DNA of 64,000 bases from the NCBI GenBank assembly GCA_051599415.1, contig AP039706.1, positions 62,001 through 126,000 on the forward strand, written 5' to 3'. The position numbers and the translations under genes are program-made. This DNA is from Savitreella phatthalungensis (taxonomy: Eukaryota). The notes beneath the pieces are model-generated. The model did not search any database. It was given only the letters and a program-made list of their open reading frames with translations, and was not told the DNA's origin. This document shows, one piece after another, positions 50,527-61,262 of this stretch. Position 1 is the stretch's first letter, and every line of letters starts with the position of its first letter.

Positions 50527-53322
50527 CTAGCGCTGCTGCGATGTGAGACTGTGCTGAGATCGAGGTCTTGGCTTTGCCGTGATGCCTGCTCTGGACATTG
50601 CCCTTGGCCTGAGGATGCCTCCTGGTGAGAAGATGCCTGGACTTGGCTGCTGAGCGGTATTGGCTGATGAGATGTTGCCGTTGGCTTGGGATACGCTGGT
50701 GTTGACGTTGTTGGGGGCGGCGCTTGGACTTGGACCAGCGGATGTGCCTGGTCCAGATCCTGCTGGCGAGCCAGGCGTGTTGAGTCCGTTCGAGAGACCG
50801 GATCGAGATCCTTCCCGCGCTAGCGCTACAGAAGACAGGTTTCCGCCGACCATGTTCCCATTCTGGGTGCCTAGCATGTCGCTCAGCTTTCTACCGCTGT
50901 TGCCGATGCTTGAAGGCGTGTCGTAGCCGCCCGTGCCAGTCCCACTTCCAGTACCAGCTGCGCCTGAAGCATAGGTCTCGACGCGAGCTAGACTGGACGT
51001 CTCTGAGGACCTTCGCGGGCGTTGAGATCCTGGCTGCGGCTGAAGACCATCGTAGTCAAATGCACCCTTGAGCGCGCCATTGATCAGGACGAGCTGCTTT
51101 GCGTGTTCTTGGACGAGGAAGTCGCGCTCTCTGAAACTGGTCAGAATATCTTTTGTCAGATCTGATGGCGCTGATGACTGGATGAGCGCGCCGACTTGCG
51201 TGACATCGGCCTTGCTGACAACGTGGCCATGCGCTGTGTTGGCAGATCGATGGGCCGCCGCTATCTGAGCAGGGTTCACTACCGGCGGTAGGACGCCTGT
51301 AAGTGCCTCATGCCACTGCATCATCCACGCAGCCTGAATGCTGGCCAGATTGCAGATGACCAGGTCCATCGCTCGCGACGTCACTCGGAAGAATGTCGGG
51401 AGCTCGAGTAGCAATGTCGCATGGAGGTGGCCGAATTGGTCGGCTGCGGCGATGAGTGCCTTGTCGACCACTGGTCCACGCTCTGCTTGGGTGGCGAATC
51501 GGACGTAGTCGTCAACACGGCGTTCTCGCTCCTGAATCACTGCCGCTGGTGCGGCATAGCTCTGCTGAAGCACCGACAGCGGCTGGAAGACGTCGCGCTC
51601 GAGGTCGTGAGCAAGCTGGACGACACCGACCTGCTGAAGTGACACGGCTGCTGTCACGTATTCTGACCATCGGTTGGCCACGTAGGTCGAGCGGTCAACG
51701 AGCGCTGGAGCCTCCGCAACCTCCAAGAAGGCTGAGCCGTAGCTCGCGTGGAATTTGAGTGACTCCCGCATCGCCTGCAACCACTCCGATACCTCTGCCT
51801 GCAGGTTGTTGAGCAGCTGCTGCTGCATCTGGAACCGTTTCTGCAAAGCCTCGTAGACGGAGTCCTCCACATCCGCCATCGTCTCCAGTCCAGCGCGTTC
51901 TTTGATCTTGTTCGCGCGTCGACCCAGACCCTTCGCGAGAGCGCTCGGGTCGAGAGAAGGTAGCGCTGAGGACTTCTTCCTCGCACCGCCGCCGCTTTTC
52001 GCTAGTTCAGCGACGAGATCTCGCCGCCGCTTGACAGCGTTGATGTTCTCGGCTGTCAGGACCATGTCCTCGTGCGCGTGCTGGAGTGCGGCATAATCCT
52101 GGTGTGAGCGTGGCGTACATTGGAGTAAGCTTGATAGGAGCAAAGGATACTTGAGCACACGCTGGACAGGCTTGATCAGGAGGGATGCTAGGTCCCACGC
52201 GGACGTGCGATCGCCGATTTCTGTCTGCTGGTCACTGAGCCACTTGACGACCTGCTCGTCGCGTGACTGCAGCTTGGCGAGCACCGCATTGGCGCGCTCG
52301 TGACTCGAGCAGTAGTTTGAGTAGACTCTTCGGAGACGTGACATGTACATGTTGAAGAAGTAGCCTATTCTGACCTCGCCATCCTCACGCTGGACCTGCT
52401 CCAGGGTCTCGCCGCCTCCTATAGCGAGCACTGGGTATGCAGCTGCTTGAAGATCCATCGCAAATTCGTCACTGAAGTCGGAGACAGGACCGACGTTGCC
52501 GAAGATGTCGCGCTCTTGGGAGGAGGTCATGACTGATGATGCACTGGATGCGAAGTGGTCGAGGATCAGTCTCATATCATCCGCATACGAGGCTTCCGTC
52601 ATGACGATCTCGCGAATGACGGCGTGTCGCTTCCGAACCTGTTTGAGCAGGGCGGCGGACACCTCGTCGAGGCCTTCGGCAGACAGATCTGGCAGGATGG
52701 AGGTGCGGGAGTCGTTGGCCGCTGGCGAGAGCATGGGTGGAGTGGCTAAGGACGGGAAGCTGTTTGAATAGCGAAGTGGATGAGATTCAGCGCTTGCCGT
52801 CGACATGACGGACATGCGCTTTGTCTGCCAGCTTGCACGCTGGGCGTTGGCACTTAGACGCTTAGAGTACATTGAGTCGGTGGCAGCTGTAGCGGTGGCT
52901 GTAGTGGCAGAATCCTGTGAGAGGACTGATACGGTCGCGCTTGCTGAATCGTGTGTTGACGCAGCGTTGCCGTCGGATGTGTGCGCTGCATCTGCGACGT
53001 CCAGCTTTGCCATGATCTCGCTGAATGACGGGAGTGGTGCGGAGACTGTGCGGGATGACTTGCGTACGTGGGCGCGCCATGAGTCTCTGCTGACGTTTGT
53101 GCCGACGCTGACTGTCCGCGAGGGGGAGGAGTTTGTCAGGCTGGCGAAGGAGGTCCGAGGACGGTCTTCCCTGGGAACCTCATTCTCCTCGTCGCTATCT
53201 GCCAGGAGCATTGCAGCACTAGCCTGTCTTCTGCGAGGCGTTGTCGGTGTGAATTGCCGTCTGCGAGGCGCTAGACCGACCGGTGCGACATTGTCCGCCG
53301 AGGGCTCTTCCACGTCTGCCAT
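50527..53322 (-). CDS. Rho-family GEF with DH and BAR domains (Gef1/Gef3/DNMBP-like)
   Basis: DH domain (VIREIVMTEASYADDM; WDLASLLIKPVQRVLKYPLLL; AENINAVKRR) followed by a helical BAR-like region (LHATLLLELPTF). Confidence 0.88.
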   Translation of the reverse strand: MADVEEPSADNVAPVGLAPRRRQFTPTTPRRRQASAAMLLADSDEENEVPREDRPRTSFASLTNSSPSRTVSVGTNVSRDSWRAHVRKSSRTVSAPLPSFSEIMAKLDVADAAHTSDGNAASTHDSASATVSVLSQDSATTATATAATDSMYSKRLSANAQRASWQTKRMSVMSTASAESHPLRYSNSFPSLATPPMLSPAANDSRTSILPDLSAEGLDEVSAALLKQVRKRHAVIREIVMTEASYADDMRLILDHFASSASSVMTSSQERDIFGNVGPVSDFSDEFAMDLQAAAYPVLAIGGGETLEQVQREDGEVRIGYFFNMYMSRLRRVYSNYCSSHERANAVLAKLQSRDEQVVKWLSDQQTEIGDRTSAWDLASLLIKPVQRVLKYPLLLSSLLQCTPRSHQDYAALQHAHEDMVLTAENINAVKRRRDLVAELAKSGGGARKKSSALPSLDPSALAKGLGRRANKIKERAGLETMADVEDSVYEALQKRFQMQQQLLNNLQAEVSEWLQAMRESLKFHASYGSAFLEVAEAPALVDRSTYVANRWSEYVTAAVSLQQVGVVQLAHDLERDVFQPLSVLQQSYAAPAAVIQERERRVDDYVRFATQAERGPVVDKALIAAADQFGHLHATLLLELPTFFRVTSRAMDLVICNLASIQAAWMMQWHEALTGVLPPVVNPAQIAAAHRSANTAHGHVVSKADVTQVGALIQSSAPSDLTKDILTSFRERDFLVQEHAKQLVLINGALKGAFDYDGLQPQPGSQRPRRSSETSSLARVETYASGAAGTGSGTGTGGYDTPSSIGNSGRKLSDMLGTQNGNMVGGNLSSVALAREGSRSGLSNGLNTPGSPAGSGPGTSAGPSPSAAPNNVNTSVSQANGNISSANTAQQPSPGIFSPGGILRPRAMSRAGITAKPRPRSQHSLTSQQR

Positions 53323-55363
53323 CCTTGGTGAAAGTTTTCAAGGGACAAAAGCAAGAGGCGCTGTGTGTGAGAGAGAGAGAAGAGAGGAGGTGGAAGAAGA
53401 AAGAGAAAGGTTGTCCTGGAAGGGTTTATCTAGTCGAGCAACGTCATGAAGCGTGTCCTGAGACGGGTTTTGAGCGTGTGTGACTCTGGGCGTGACTCGG
53501 GTGTTTATGTTCGCGCGTGAGTAGAGCGTGACTTTTGGCGTGATCTTGGCTCGTGAATGAGATAGTCGGCTTAATTGGAAGAGGACTAGAACCCAAAGAC
53601 GATTCTGTGATTGTTTGGAAGAGTGGAGAGGTCGTCTTGTCAGATTTGTCTGTAGTTGTGACTTGTGCTAGTGACTCGTGGCTGATCGGTCGGAAGTCAA
53701 GCTGCACGTTGACAATCAAGTCAGGTGCCGAAAATAGAAACCTGGACGTGCAATCGAGTGAAAGAGATAGAGAGTGTGTATGTCCGTTCAAAGAGGACTG
53801 AACAGAGGGACGAAGGCAACTGAAGAGCCGCTGGAGTGAGCGCCCAGTTGAAGTTTGGGTGCGTTGAAAGTTCCGTCAACGGGCGCGCGCGACAGAAGAC
53901 GTTCAAACGTTTGGTCCTGCTTCGTTCTGGGAGTGGTTGCGCACGTCACTCTTTCTGGGTCGCAGCGGACGGATATAATAGGCTTGTGGCCCTTGGTCGA
54001 GGGCTACAGGCTATAAAGAAGTGAAGATGATTGTGAAGGTGACTTGATAGGTTTGTATGACGAAAGCTTGACTGAAAGATTGATGATGTTGCTGATGATG
54101 ATGAGCGCAAGTGTTCCTTGGTGTTGGCTAAGTAGCTTGCTGGCTTGCTGGCTGGCTGACTGACTGGCTGGCTGACTGACTGACTGAATGCAGGACAAAG
54201 GTGGAGAGTGCTATTGTGAGTGTGAGTGTGAATATGATGTGGATGAGACCCAAGATTCAATGAGATCTTGACTTGATTGAGACTCCACTCGAGTACACCA
54301 GCTGATTACCTGGATAGCTTGGGTTGGATGCTGGGAGATCATAAGACGGATGAACAAGGATGGTGGAGGAGGAGGAGGGAGGGAGGGAGGGAGGGAGGGG
54401 GAGATTCCTGACAGGTCAGAAATCAGATCTGAATGAGGAGAGATGAAGGTGAGGATGAAGATGAGGATGAAGAGAAGTGCACATGGATTCAGGTGGGGCT
54501 GGTTCAAACTTTTAACCCGTGCTGAATACAGGAGAAGAAATTCACCAATCTATTGTAGAAAGTAAGTTGAGTTGTGCATTCGAGCGTCAAATTTAAAAAA
54601 AGTGGAATCGAAAGTCTAAAATATGCACACATTTAAATGTACATATATACATGCACAGTAGAGCGAGATCGACGTTGATGCACGTGGATCAGACCCATTA
54701 TGCATGAAGATCGAGTTTCTCTTGCATACAGTGTAGACGGCAGGTTTCAACTCATCCAACAGCACATAGCATCTGATCCTGATGTGATGGTATTGAAGGG
54801 TCCTTGGATGAGTGAATGCAAGAGTCGATGTTTGCTAGCTAGCTGAGTGGATAAGTGATTGACTCAGTGTGTGGGTCACAAAAGTCAAGTGATGTGCTAG
54901 CTGGAGCTGACCGAACTGAAGTAAGGTGAGTTCAACTCTGTTGAAGGAAGCATCATTGTCCTGAATCCACTTGCAGGAAAGCATCCATTTCCCACCATGA
55001 GCATACGAAGAGTTCTTCCCAAGTGCATGAATTGCAGATCTGTCCCTCAAAACACCTGATTGATGATGGATGAATCGTTTATCAGTCCCATTGTAGATCC
55101 ACGTTGCCACCACGAATTGATAGTCACTCAATCGATACAAGTCTTGGTACAGTCAATGCAGATCCTCCAATGAGCAACCAACCGTGATAAGTCACGGCGA
55201 CAAGGTCGACAAGGGCTAGTAATCTCCGTCAATTTCCACATGGATGACTCTACAGCTGACTGGCCGACTGACTGACTGAGTGATGGCAATGGCAGAAACT
55301 AACAAAGCTATGGAAATTCAGTTGCATGAAAGAATAAGGAAAACTGAGAAAGGAAAACTGAAA

Positions 55364-55381
55364 CAAAAAAAAGAAAAAAAA
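55364..55381 (-). terminator. RNA polymerase III oligo-T terminator of the tRNA gene
   Basis: T8-C-T8 run on the minus strand starting 5 nt after the tRNA 3' end. Confidence 0.85.
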
Positions 55382-55386
55382 GGAGT

Positions 55387-55458
55387 TTCCTACGCGGGGA
55401 ATCGAACCCCGGTCATATGTGTGAGAGACATATATCTTAACCACTAGACGACATAGGA
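55387..55458 (-). tRNA. tRNA-Glu, anticodon CTC, intronless
   Basis: The minus strand folds as a cloverleaf: acceptor TCCTATG/CGTAGGA, D arm GTCT-AGTGGTTA-AGAT, anticodon arm TATGT-CTCTCAC-ACATA and T arm CGGGG-TTCGATT-CCCCG. Confidence 0.95.
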
Positions 55459-56057
55459 TTGGATGAAAATTGGCCAAAAAGTATGATATCTATACTAGTT
55501 AATGATAGTAACGATGCACGGGTCTAGACAGCTAATCACAAACAAACACACCAGGTGTTGGACAGGATCCGAGCACTGGAGTCTGGTGGAGTCACCCGAA
55601 GCCCATCTCCACATCCTCATCCACTCACTCGCTCGCTCACGCAGTCATTCACTCACTCGCTCAATTAGCCAGTCCTCCACTCACTCGATCACTCCCTCAG
55701 TCATCCATCTAGTCAGTTAGTCACGAAACCATCATCCTTCGCCTGCACGCGCGCACTCCCTCGCGTTCACAACTACACAATCCACTTCATCAATCACACA
55801 TACCCCCTTCATCAAACCCTCGATTGCTTGCCTATTCCTCACTGTATCACGTTTAGACGGACGTCTAACGATCATCGTCCTTCAAACATCCAGAGCGGGT
55901 GCGCGTCAGTACGTTACAAACAAGCGCACGGACCTGCTTCTCCTCAAGAATCAATCGAGAGCCCATCTCTTGTGAACTTCTCTTTCCTCTCTTTCTCTCG
56001 GCCACTTTCCAAGCCCTCACACCTCCCTTGCCACGCGATGCAACGACGCCCTCGCTG

Positions 56058-57041
56058 ATGCGTAAGACCGGGAAGAAACTCCTGGGAAAGCTGCGGGAGC
56101 GTCTCGCGGACCATGCTCAGCATCCTCTGGGCCACAGTCATGGTCACCAGGCAGATGCTTCTGACTCTCGACCCGGCGGCTTGTATCTACATATCCCAGG
56201 AACCGGCCAAGATCGGTCCATGTACGCCAGTGGACAGCCACCGAAAGGACCCGTGTTCGGCGTCCCATTAGCGACTGCCGCTAAGAATGCTCCGTTTGAC
56301 TCGGCGTACGACTGTCCGGCCGTAGTAGGACGATGCATCGAATACCTCGAGAGCGACGGCAGATTGGACGAGGAAGGACTTTACCGCGTGCCGGGAAGTG
56401 GTCACCTTGTGGGCGAATTGCGTGACGCGTTCAATCAGCACGGTGATATAGACCTGCTCCGGAGCTCAGGGATCCATGCAACTGATATTGCCTCCCTCTT
56501 GAAACTCTATCTGCGCGAGCTGCCAAAACCGATCGTCCCTTCTCGGCAGGCGCACGCCTTGAACGACCACTATGATGGATCACCCAACGACTTCGACCGT
56601 CTCGAGAAATTGCTGCTCGACCTGCCCGCTGAAAGTCTTGGTCTTTTGCGGATCTTGTGTACACACCTGAATCACGTCCAGGCGCACGCTCACGCCAATC
56701 TGATGGACCTCAACAACCTGGGCATCGTCTTCACAGCCACCAGCAATCTGAATCTCTCGCCTGCCCTGATGAAGCAGCTGATGAGTAGCCCAGATATCTT
56801 GCAAAGATTCAAACACGGACATGAGTATCCCTCGTCCTCGCGGACACCACCTCCGCAGCTACCACCTCTTGCATCCCCATCGCCATTCGTCCCAATGCAG
56901 ACAAGCTCAGCCACGCGTGTGCCAATGCACACACTTAAGACTCTGCCGATGACTGAGCGGATAAGTGAGCCGTTGGAGGAACCAATTCCCATATCTCCGA
57001 CGAACTCGACCTCTGCAGTCGCCTCATCTGCACGTCACTAA
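56058..57041 (+). CDS. RhoGAP-domain protein
   Basis: VFGVPL, PAVVGRCIEYLE, arginine finger EEGLYRVPG, IASLLKLYLRELPKPI and NLMDLNNLGIVF. First ATG at 56058. Confidence 0.9.
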   Translation: MRKTGKKLLGKLRERLADHAQHPLGHSHGHQADASDSRPGGLYLHIPGTGQDRSMYASGQPPKGPVFGVPLATAAKNAPFDSAYDCPAVVGRCIEYLESDGRLDEEGLYRVPGSGHLVGELRDAFNQHGDIDLLRSSGIHATDIASLLKLYLRELPKPIVPSRQAHALNDHYDGSPNDFDRLEKLLLDLPAESLGLLRILCTHLNHVQAHAHANLMDLNNLGIVFTATSNLNLSPALMKQLMSSPDILQRFKHGHEYPSSSRTPPPQLPPLASPSPFVPMQTSSATRVPMHTLKTLPMTERISEPLEEPIPISPTNSTSAVASSARH

Positions 57042-57155
57042 TCAGGCATCGTAAAAGGCTTTCATTAACGTTGTACAGTATTTGAGTAAGGGACGTCAAC
57101 ACAACTCACAGAGGGGACGATTTTGACCTTGATCGAGGCTTCGACCTTGACCTCT

Positions 57156-57833
57156 TCAGTGCCTGCGAGACCGGTGCTTGACCTTGCCGACCTTGGCCTT
57201 CCCACCTGAAGTTGACCTGATACCGAGCGCCATCTTTGCGTCCTTGATTGCCTTTGACGACTTGGCAGATACCTGACCTGAGTTCTTCGCTCTATCCTTT
57301 CTCTCCTTGCGAAGCACAGCGCGAGGGTCATCGTTGTCTGCAAACTTGGACGAATCCATCTCGACCAGCCAAGCGTTCTCGTCCGCCTTGTTCTTCCCCT
57401 TGTATCCCCAGCTAGGCACCCATTCACCGCTCTCCTCATCGAACACCAACTTGCCATCGCCCCTCCGCCGCTTCGACGCGATCCCCTTGAGCCGTGCAAA
57501 CTTCTCCCACTTGGTCTCCGCCTTCTTCTCAGCAGGCACGGGCTTCTCTCTAGGCAGATGGGTCGTCCCTTCGGGCAACGTGATAATCGTCCCTTCGTGG
57601 GAAGTCTCGATCGGGCATGACAAAATCGAGTTGAGCAAGAGCTGTGTAGCGTCACGTGCAGTCGCTCGCAGAACCTCCTCACTCGCACGACCCTCGATCG
57701 GGTTCATGTCGTAGCAGCACAAGTTTCCAATGTCAATCTCTACTGGAATCGCCTTGTCCACCGAGATCACCTTGCTAACGCCCCCGGCAGAAGCATCTCG
57801 GCTTGATTGTCCTTTTATACTTGCAACCGCCAT
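57156..57833 (-). CDS. RRS1: Ribosome biogenesis regulator Rrs1
   Basis: DIGNLCCYDMNP, ARDATQLLLN, LPREKPVP...TKWEKFARLKGI and VFDEESGEWVPSWGYKG. First ATG at 57833. Confidence 0.95.
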   Translation of the reverse strand: MAVASIKGQSSRDASAGGVSKVISVDKAIPVEIDIGNLCCYDMNPIEGRASEEVLRATARDATQLLLNSILSCPIETSHEGTIITLPEGTTHLPREKPVPAEKKAETKWEKFARLKGIASKRRRGDGKLVFDEESGEWVPSWGYKGKNKADENAWLVEMDSSKFADNDDPRAVLRKERKDRAKNSGQVSAKSSKAIKDAKMALGIRSTSGGKAKVGKVKHRSRRH

Positions 57834-57959
57834 CACAGGACTGGCTGCGCGTCGAGAATCTGTGTAGAAGACTGTTAGATCGGGGTCGGTGCCTTGTAGG
57901 AACTGATGGAGTCCTTCGGATGAAGGCACAGGATCAAATTGTCCTCGCTTCGATCACTT

Positions 57960-58017
57960 CACGTGAAACTGATGCACGTGTAAAATCATTTCTTTTGAGC
58001 TCATAATGACACACGTG
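57960..58017. promoter_or_regulatory. Three CACGTG E-boxes in the divergent RRS1/RSM23 promoter
   Basis: CACGTG at 57960, 57975 and 58012 within a ~300-bp intergenic gap. Confidence 0.55.
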
Positions 58018-58136
58018 ACGAGGATTACTTTTCTCTCCTTCACCTCACAGCATATACCAACCAACACCTACAACATACACCACTTCCAACGTCTCTAGGA
58101 TCCACAGCTTGTTCTTCAACACCCTTTATAGCGATT

Positions 58137-59555
58137 ATGATCTTTCAAGGTATGCTACGCTGCAGATGTGCTGTTGATCTGGGTGTTCGGTCGTTCTCGA
58201 GCACGGCTCATGTAGCTGCGAAGGCAGGTGCAGCAAAGGGTAAGAAGCCTCCGCCGCCGAAGAAGAAGACGAGCTCGTCGTTTGCGAAGAAGGGCAAGCC
58301 TGGGAAGGATGGTAGTGGTGGCGGCGCTGGATTGTCAGGGTCTGGCGCGAAGCCGATGTCAGCTAGACTAGCGGCGACCCGTGACGCGGCAGTCCAGCTC
58401 AACAAGACCGCACCCCGCCTCAAACTCGACCCACTCTCCCCATCGAGCTTCGATTCCGGGTCCCAGGCATCCATTTTCGAGATCCCTGAAGCAGTGTACG
58501 CTCAACTCCTCAAACTCGGGCTCCCACAGTCAGGACAAGGTCACAACTCGTTCGCACAGCTAGCCACAGTCATGCGGGCAGGCTCAACGGAGGTTGGCAA
58601 AATCGTCGGTAAGGCAGGCGGCAGCGGTGGACGGCGTGTTGTGGTGGATGGACCTGGAGGGAGCGGGAAGAGTACGATCTTGCTGCAGGCAGCTGCTCGT
58701 GCGCTGATGGACAAGTGGGTGGTGGTTGCGTTCTCGCGCGGGGAGGAGCTTGTTGACAGCTCTCACGGGTATGCGTACGACGAACGGCTGAAGGGATGGC
58801 GGCAGGACACGTATGCGAGTGCCCTGTGCGCCCGCACGGCAGAAGCCAACAAGACCTTGCTCCAGCAACACGACTGCTCAACCCAGCACGTCTTCGACAG
58901 GCACACCCTCCCTGCACCATCATCACTCTACAAGCTCCTCCAGGTCGGTGCAGCAGACGCGGCCGTCGCTCAAGCGGTCTTTGACCAGTTCATTGAAGAG
59001 CTCAACGCAGACGGCAGACCACAGACCCTGCTCCTCTTCGACAACCTGTCAGTTGCATCAGTCCCAACCCGCTATAGGGCTCCCGACTTTTCACACATCC
59101 ACCCACTCGACCTCCACCTGGTCAAGTTCGTGTACGATCACGTGAACGGGACTCGCGAGCTCGCCAACGGTGCCGTGGTTGCATGCACTTCCAGCGTGCC
59201 GGGCGTGAGAGCGAGGTCGCTGGATCTCGGCCTCCACGCCGACAAGAAGCGTGCCGCACCCTTTGAATACGTCGACGACCGGATCATCGACGCCGTCAAG
59301 GGCGTCCCAGTCATCGATGTCGGTGCCTACACCCCAGCAGAAGCATCTGCCATCATCGGTCACTACGCCAATGCAGGCCTGATCAGGAGTCCCATCAACG
59401 CGTCCGCTCAAACTCCTAGTGACCCACCATCGACCACATCGTCCACAGCAGCCATCGCACCACAAAACATGGACGCCAACATCATTCACAGCAAACTACT
59501 TGTTGCAGGGCACATCCCGAGAGAAGTCTTCAGAGCCTGTACGAGGCTCACATAG
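58137..59555 (+). CDS. RSM23: Mitochondrial small-subunit ribosomal protein mS29 (Rsm23/DAP3)
   Basis: Presequence-like N-terminus (RSFSSTAHVAAK), P-loop VVDGPGGSGKSTILLQ, YRAPDFSHIHPLDL and EA..II.HYANAGLI. Confidence 0.88.
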   Translation: MIFQGMLRCRCAVDLGVRSFSSTAHVAAKAGAAKGKKPPPPKKKTSSSFAKKGKPGKDGSGGGAGLSGSGAKPMSARLAATRDAAVQLNKTAPRLKLDPLSPSSFDSGSQASIFEIPEAVYAQLLKLGLPQSGQGHNSFAQLATVMRAGSTEVGKIVGKAGGSGGRRVVVDGPGGSGKSTILLQAAARALMDKWVVVAFSRGEELVDSSHGYAYDERLKGWRQDTYASALCARTAEANKTLLQQHDCSTQHVFDRHTLPAPSSLYKLLQVGAADAAVAQAVFDQFIEELNADGRPQTLLLFDNLSVASVPTRYRAPDFSHIHPLDLHLVKFVYDHVNGTRELANGAVVACTSSVPGVRARSLDLGLHADKKRAAPFEYVDDRIIDAVKGVPVIDVGAYTPAEASAIIGHYANAGLIRSPINASAQTPSDPPSTTSSTAAIAPQNMDANIIHSKLLVAGHIPREVFRACTRLT

Positions 59556-60167
59556 CTGTCTGACTTGTCTCCTTCTGAGCCCTGCATCCCCCCACTCGCA
59601 TTCACATTCATAGCGTCCCCCTTAGCATACACTTCTCTCTATTCACCTGGCACTTCCCCCGGCACCTCTAGCCTCAAGAGCAGCCCGTGCGTTACAGTCC
59701 ATTGCAGTCCATTGCTCTCCATCAGCCTCAAGATGCATGCAGCTAGCTCTGAGCCTGACAATCTACAGGACTACCAGTACGGCATCGTATCCACAGGAAT
59801 GGAAGAGAGCAGTCTTATGATGTGACCTTCGTCAGCTTCGGTAGTTGACTCGCGGCCATTTCCTCGGCTTTTTTTATTATTCTCTTACTGCAGCTATCCC
59901 CGGGTCTCTCCACATGATCTCTGAAGCCAATTGTACTCTACAGCTCTGTCAGCTACGCTCTCCACAGTTCCCATCTCCTATGCTCTCGTCCCATCAACCC
60001 ACCAACCATCTCCACCCTGTCATGCGGTCAGTCGCAATACCAACACCTGGGCGTCAGAAAGCCCAAGTACCTTGTCAGTGTCCACCATCAAGGTCATCAT
60101 CACTCGAGCTCATTCGCTTTCTCCTCGTTCTTCTTTCTCGTTCTTCTATCCCTTTTTTTTTTACGGA

Positions 60168-61262
60168 ATGAGCGATCAGGCAAGCTCAGGCTCAGGCTCG
60201 GGCACGAGCAAGACGACAATGCGTGCTGCGGTGCTGGCTGGGGTTGGCAAGATCGAGGTGGTTGACAAGCCGATTCCTAGAGCTGCAGACGACGGTGTGG
60301 TGGTCAAGGTGAGCCAGACTTGCCTTTGTGGGTCTGACCTGCACTACTATACCGGCCACCTGAATGTCGGGACTGGATTCACGATGGGTCACGAGTTCAC
60401 GGGTGTGGTGAGTGAGGTCGGGAAGGATGTTCGGGGGCTGGTTGTGGGTGACAAGGTCGTGTCGCCGTTCACGGTGTGCTGCATGGCCTGCTTCTACTGC
60501 GAGATCGGGCTGACGTGCCGGTGCGAGAAGGGCAAGGTGTACGGGTCTCCGGTGCTGGAAGGGGCTCAGGCAGAGTACGTCCACGTGCCCTTGGCAGACA
60601 CCACCCTGTTCAAAGCGCCATCGGACGTCCCAGACGAGACGCTGATCCTGATGGCAGACATCTTCCCAACAGGATACTACGCAGCAACACGCGGTCTAGG
60701 TCAACTACTCCCAGCAGAGCGTAACAGGGACGACCTCACGATCGCAATCATCGGCGCAGGACCCGTAGGCCTGTGTGCAGCAACGTCTGCAAAACACTTC
60801 AACCCAGCACAGCTCTTCATCATCGATCTCGTGGAAGACCGGCTTGCGAGAGCAGCATCCCACCACGGCGCAACACCCATCAACCTGAATGACGACCCGA
60901 AGGCCAAGATCCTCGCTGCGACAGGAGGTCGTGGGGCAGATGTGGTGCTCGAGGTTGTCGGGAGGGCAGATGCACTGCAGCTGGCGTTTGACATTGCCCG
61001 CAACGGTGGCGTCATCCAGAGCGTCGGCATCCACGGAGAACCTCTACCACTCCACGGAAACGCCTGCTACAACAAGAACATCAGGCTGGCCTTCGGCAGG
61101 TGTCCAGTCAGAGCCATCTTTGCAGACGCCCTAGACGTACTCCAGCAGCACCACAAGGACTTTGATGGATTCGTAGACGGCAAAATGTCCCTCGAAGATG
61201 CACCGAAAGCGTACGAGCTATTCGCAGCACGCAAGATTCAAAAGACAGTCTTCATCCCGTAG
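60168..61262 (+). CDS. Zinc-dependent medium-chain alcohol dehydrogenase (formaldehyde dehydrogenase-like MDR)
   Basis: CLCGSDLHYY, GHEFTG, structural Zn motif CMACFYC...TCRC, ADIFPTGY and Rossmann IIGAGPVG. ATG at 60168. Confidence 0.92.
   Translation: MSDQASSGSGSGTSKTTMRAAVLAGVGKIEVVDKPIPRAADDGVVVKVSQTCLCGSDLHYYTGHLNVGTGFTMGHEFTGVVSEVGKDVRGLVVGDKVVSPFTVCCMACFYCEIGLTCRCEKGKVYGSPVLEGAQAEYVHVPLADTTLFKAPSDVPDETLILMADIFPTGYYAATRGLGQLLPAERNRDDLTIAIIGAGPVGLCAATSAKHFNPAQLFIIDLVEDRLARAASHHGATPINLNDDPKAKILAATGGRGADVVLEVVGRADALQLAFDIARNGGVIQSVGIHGEPLPLHGNACYNKNIRLAFGRCPVRAIFADALDVLQQHHKDFDGFVDGKMSLEDAPKAYELFAARKIQKTVFIP

Noticed and set aside
54835..55241. 101-aa TTG-start ORF and an overlapping 37-aa Cys-rich peptide (55241-55128, CRPC...CIDC) downstream of the tRNA
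   Set aside because: I found no splice that joins them, no recognisable family and no LTR or terminal-repeat features, so they cannot be told from chance ORFs.
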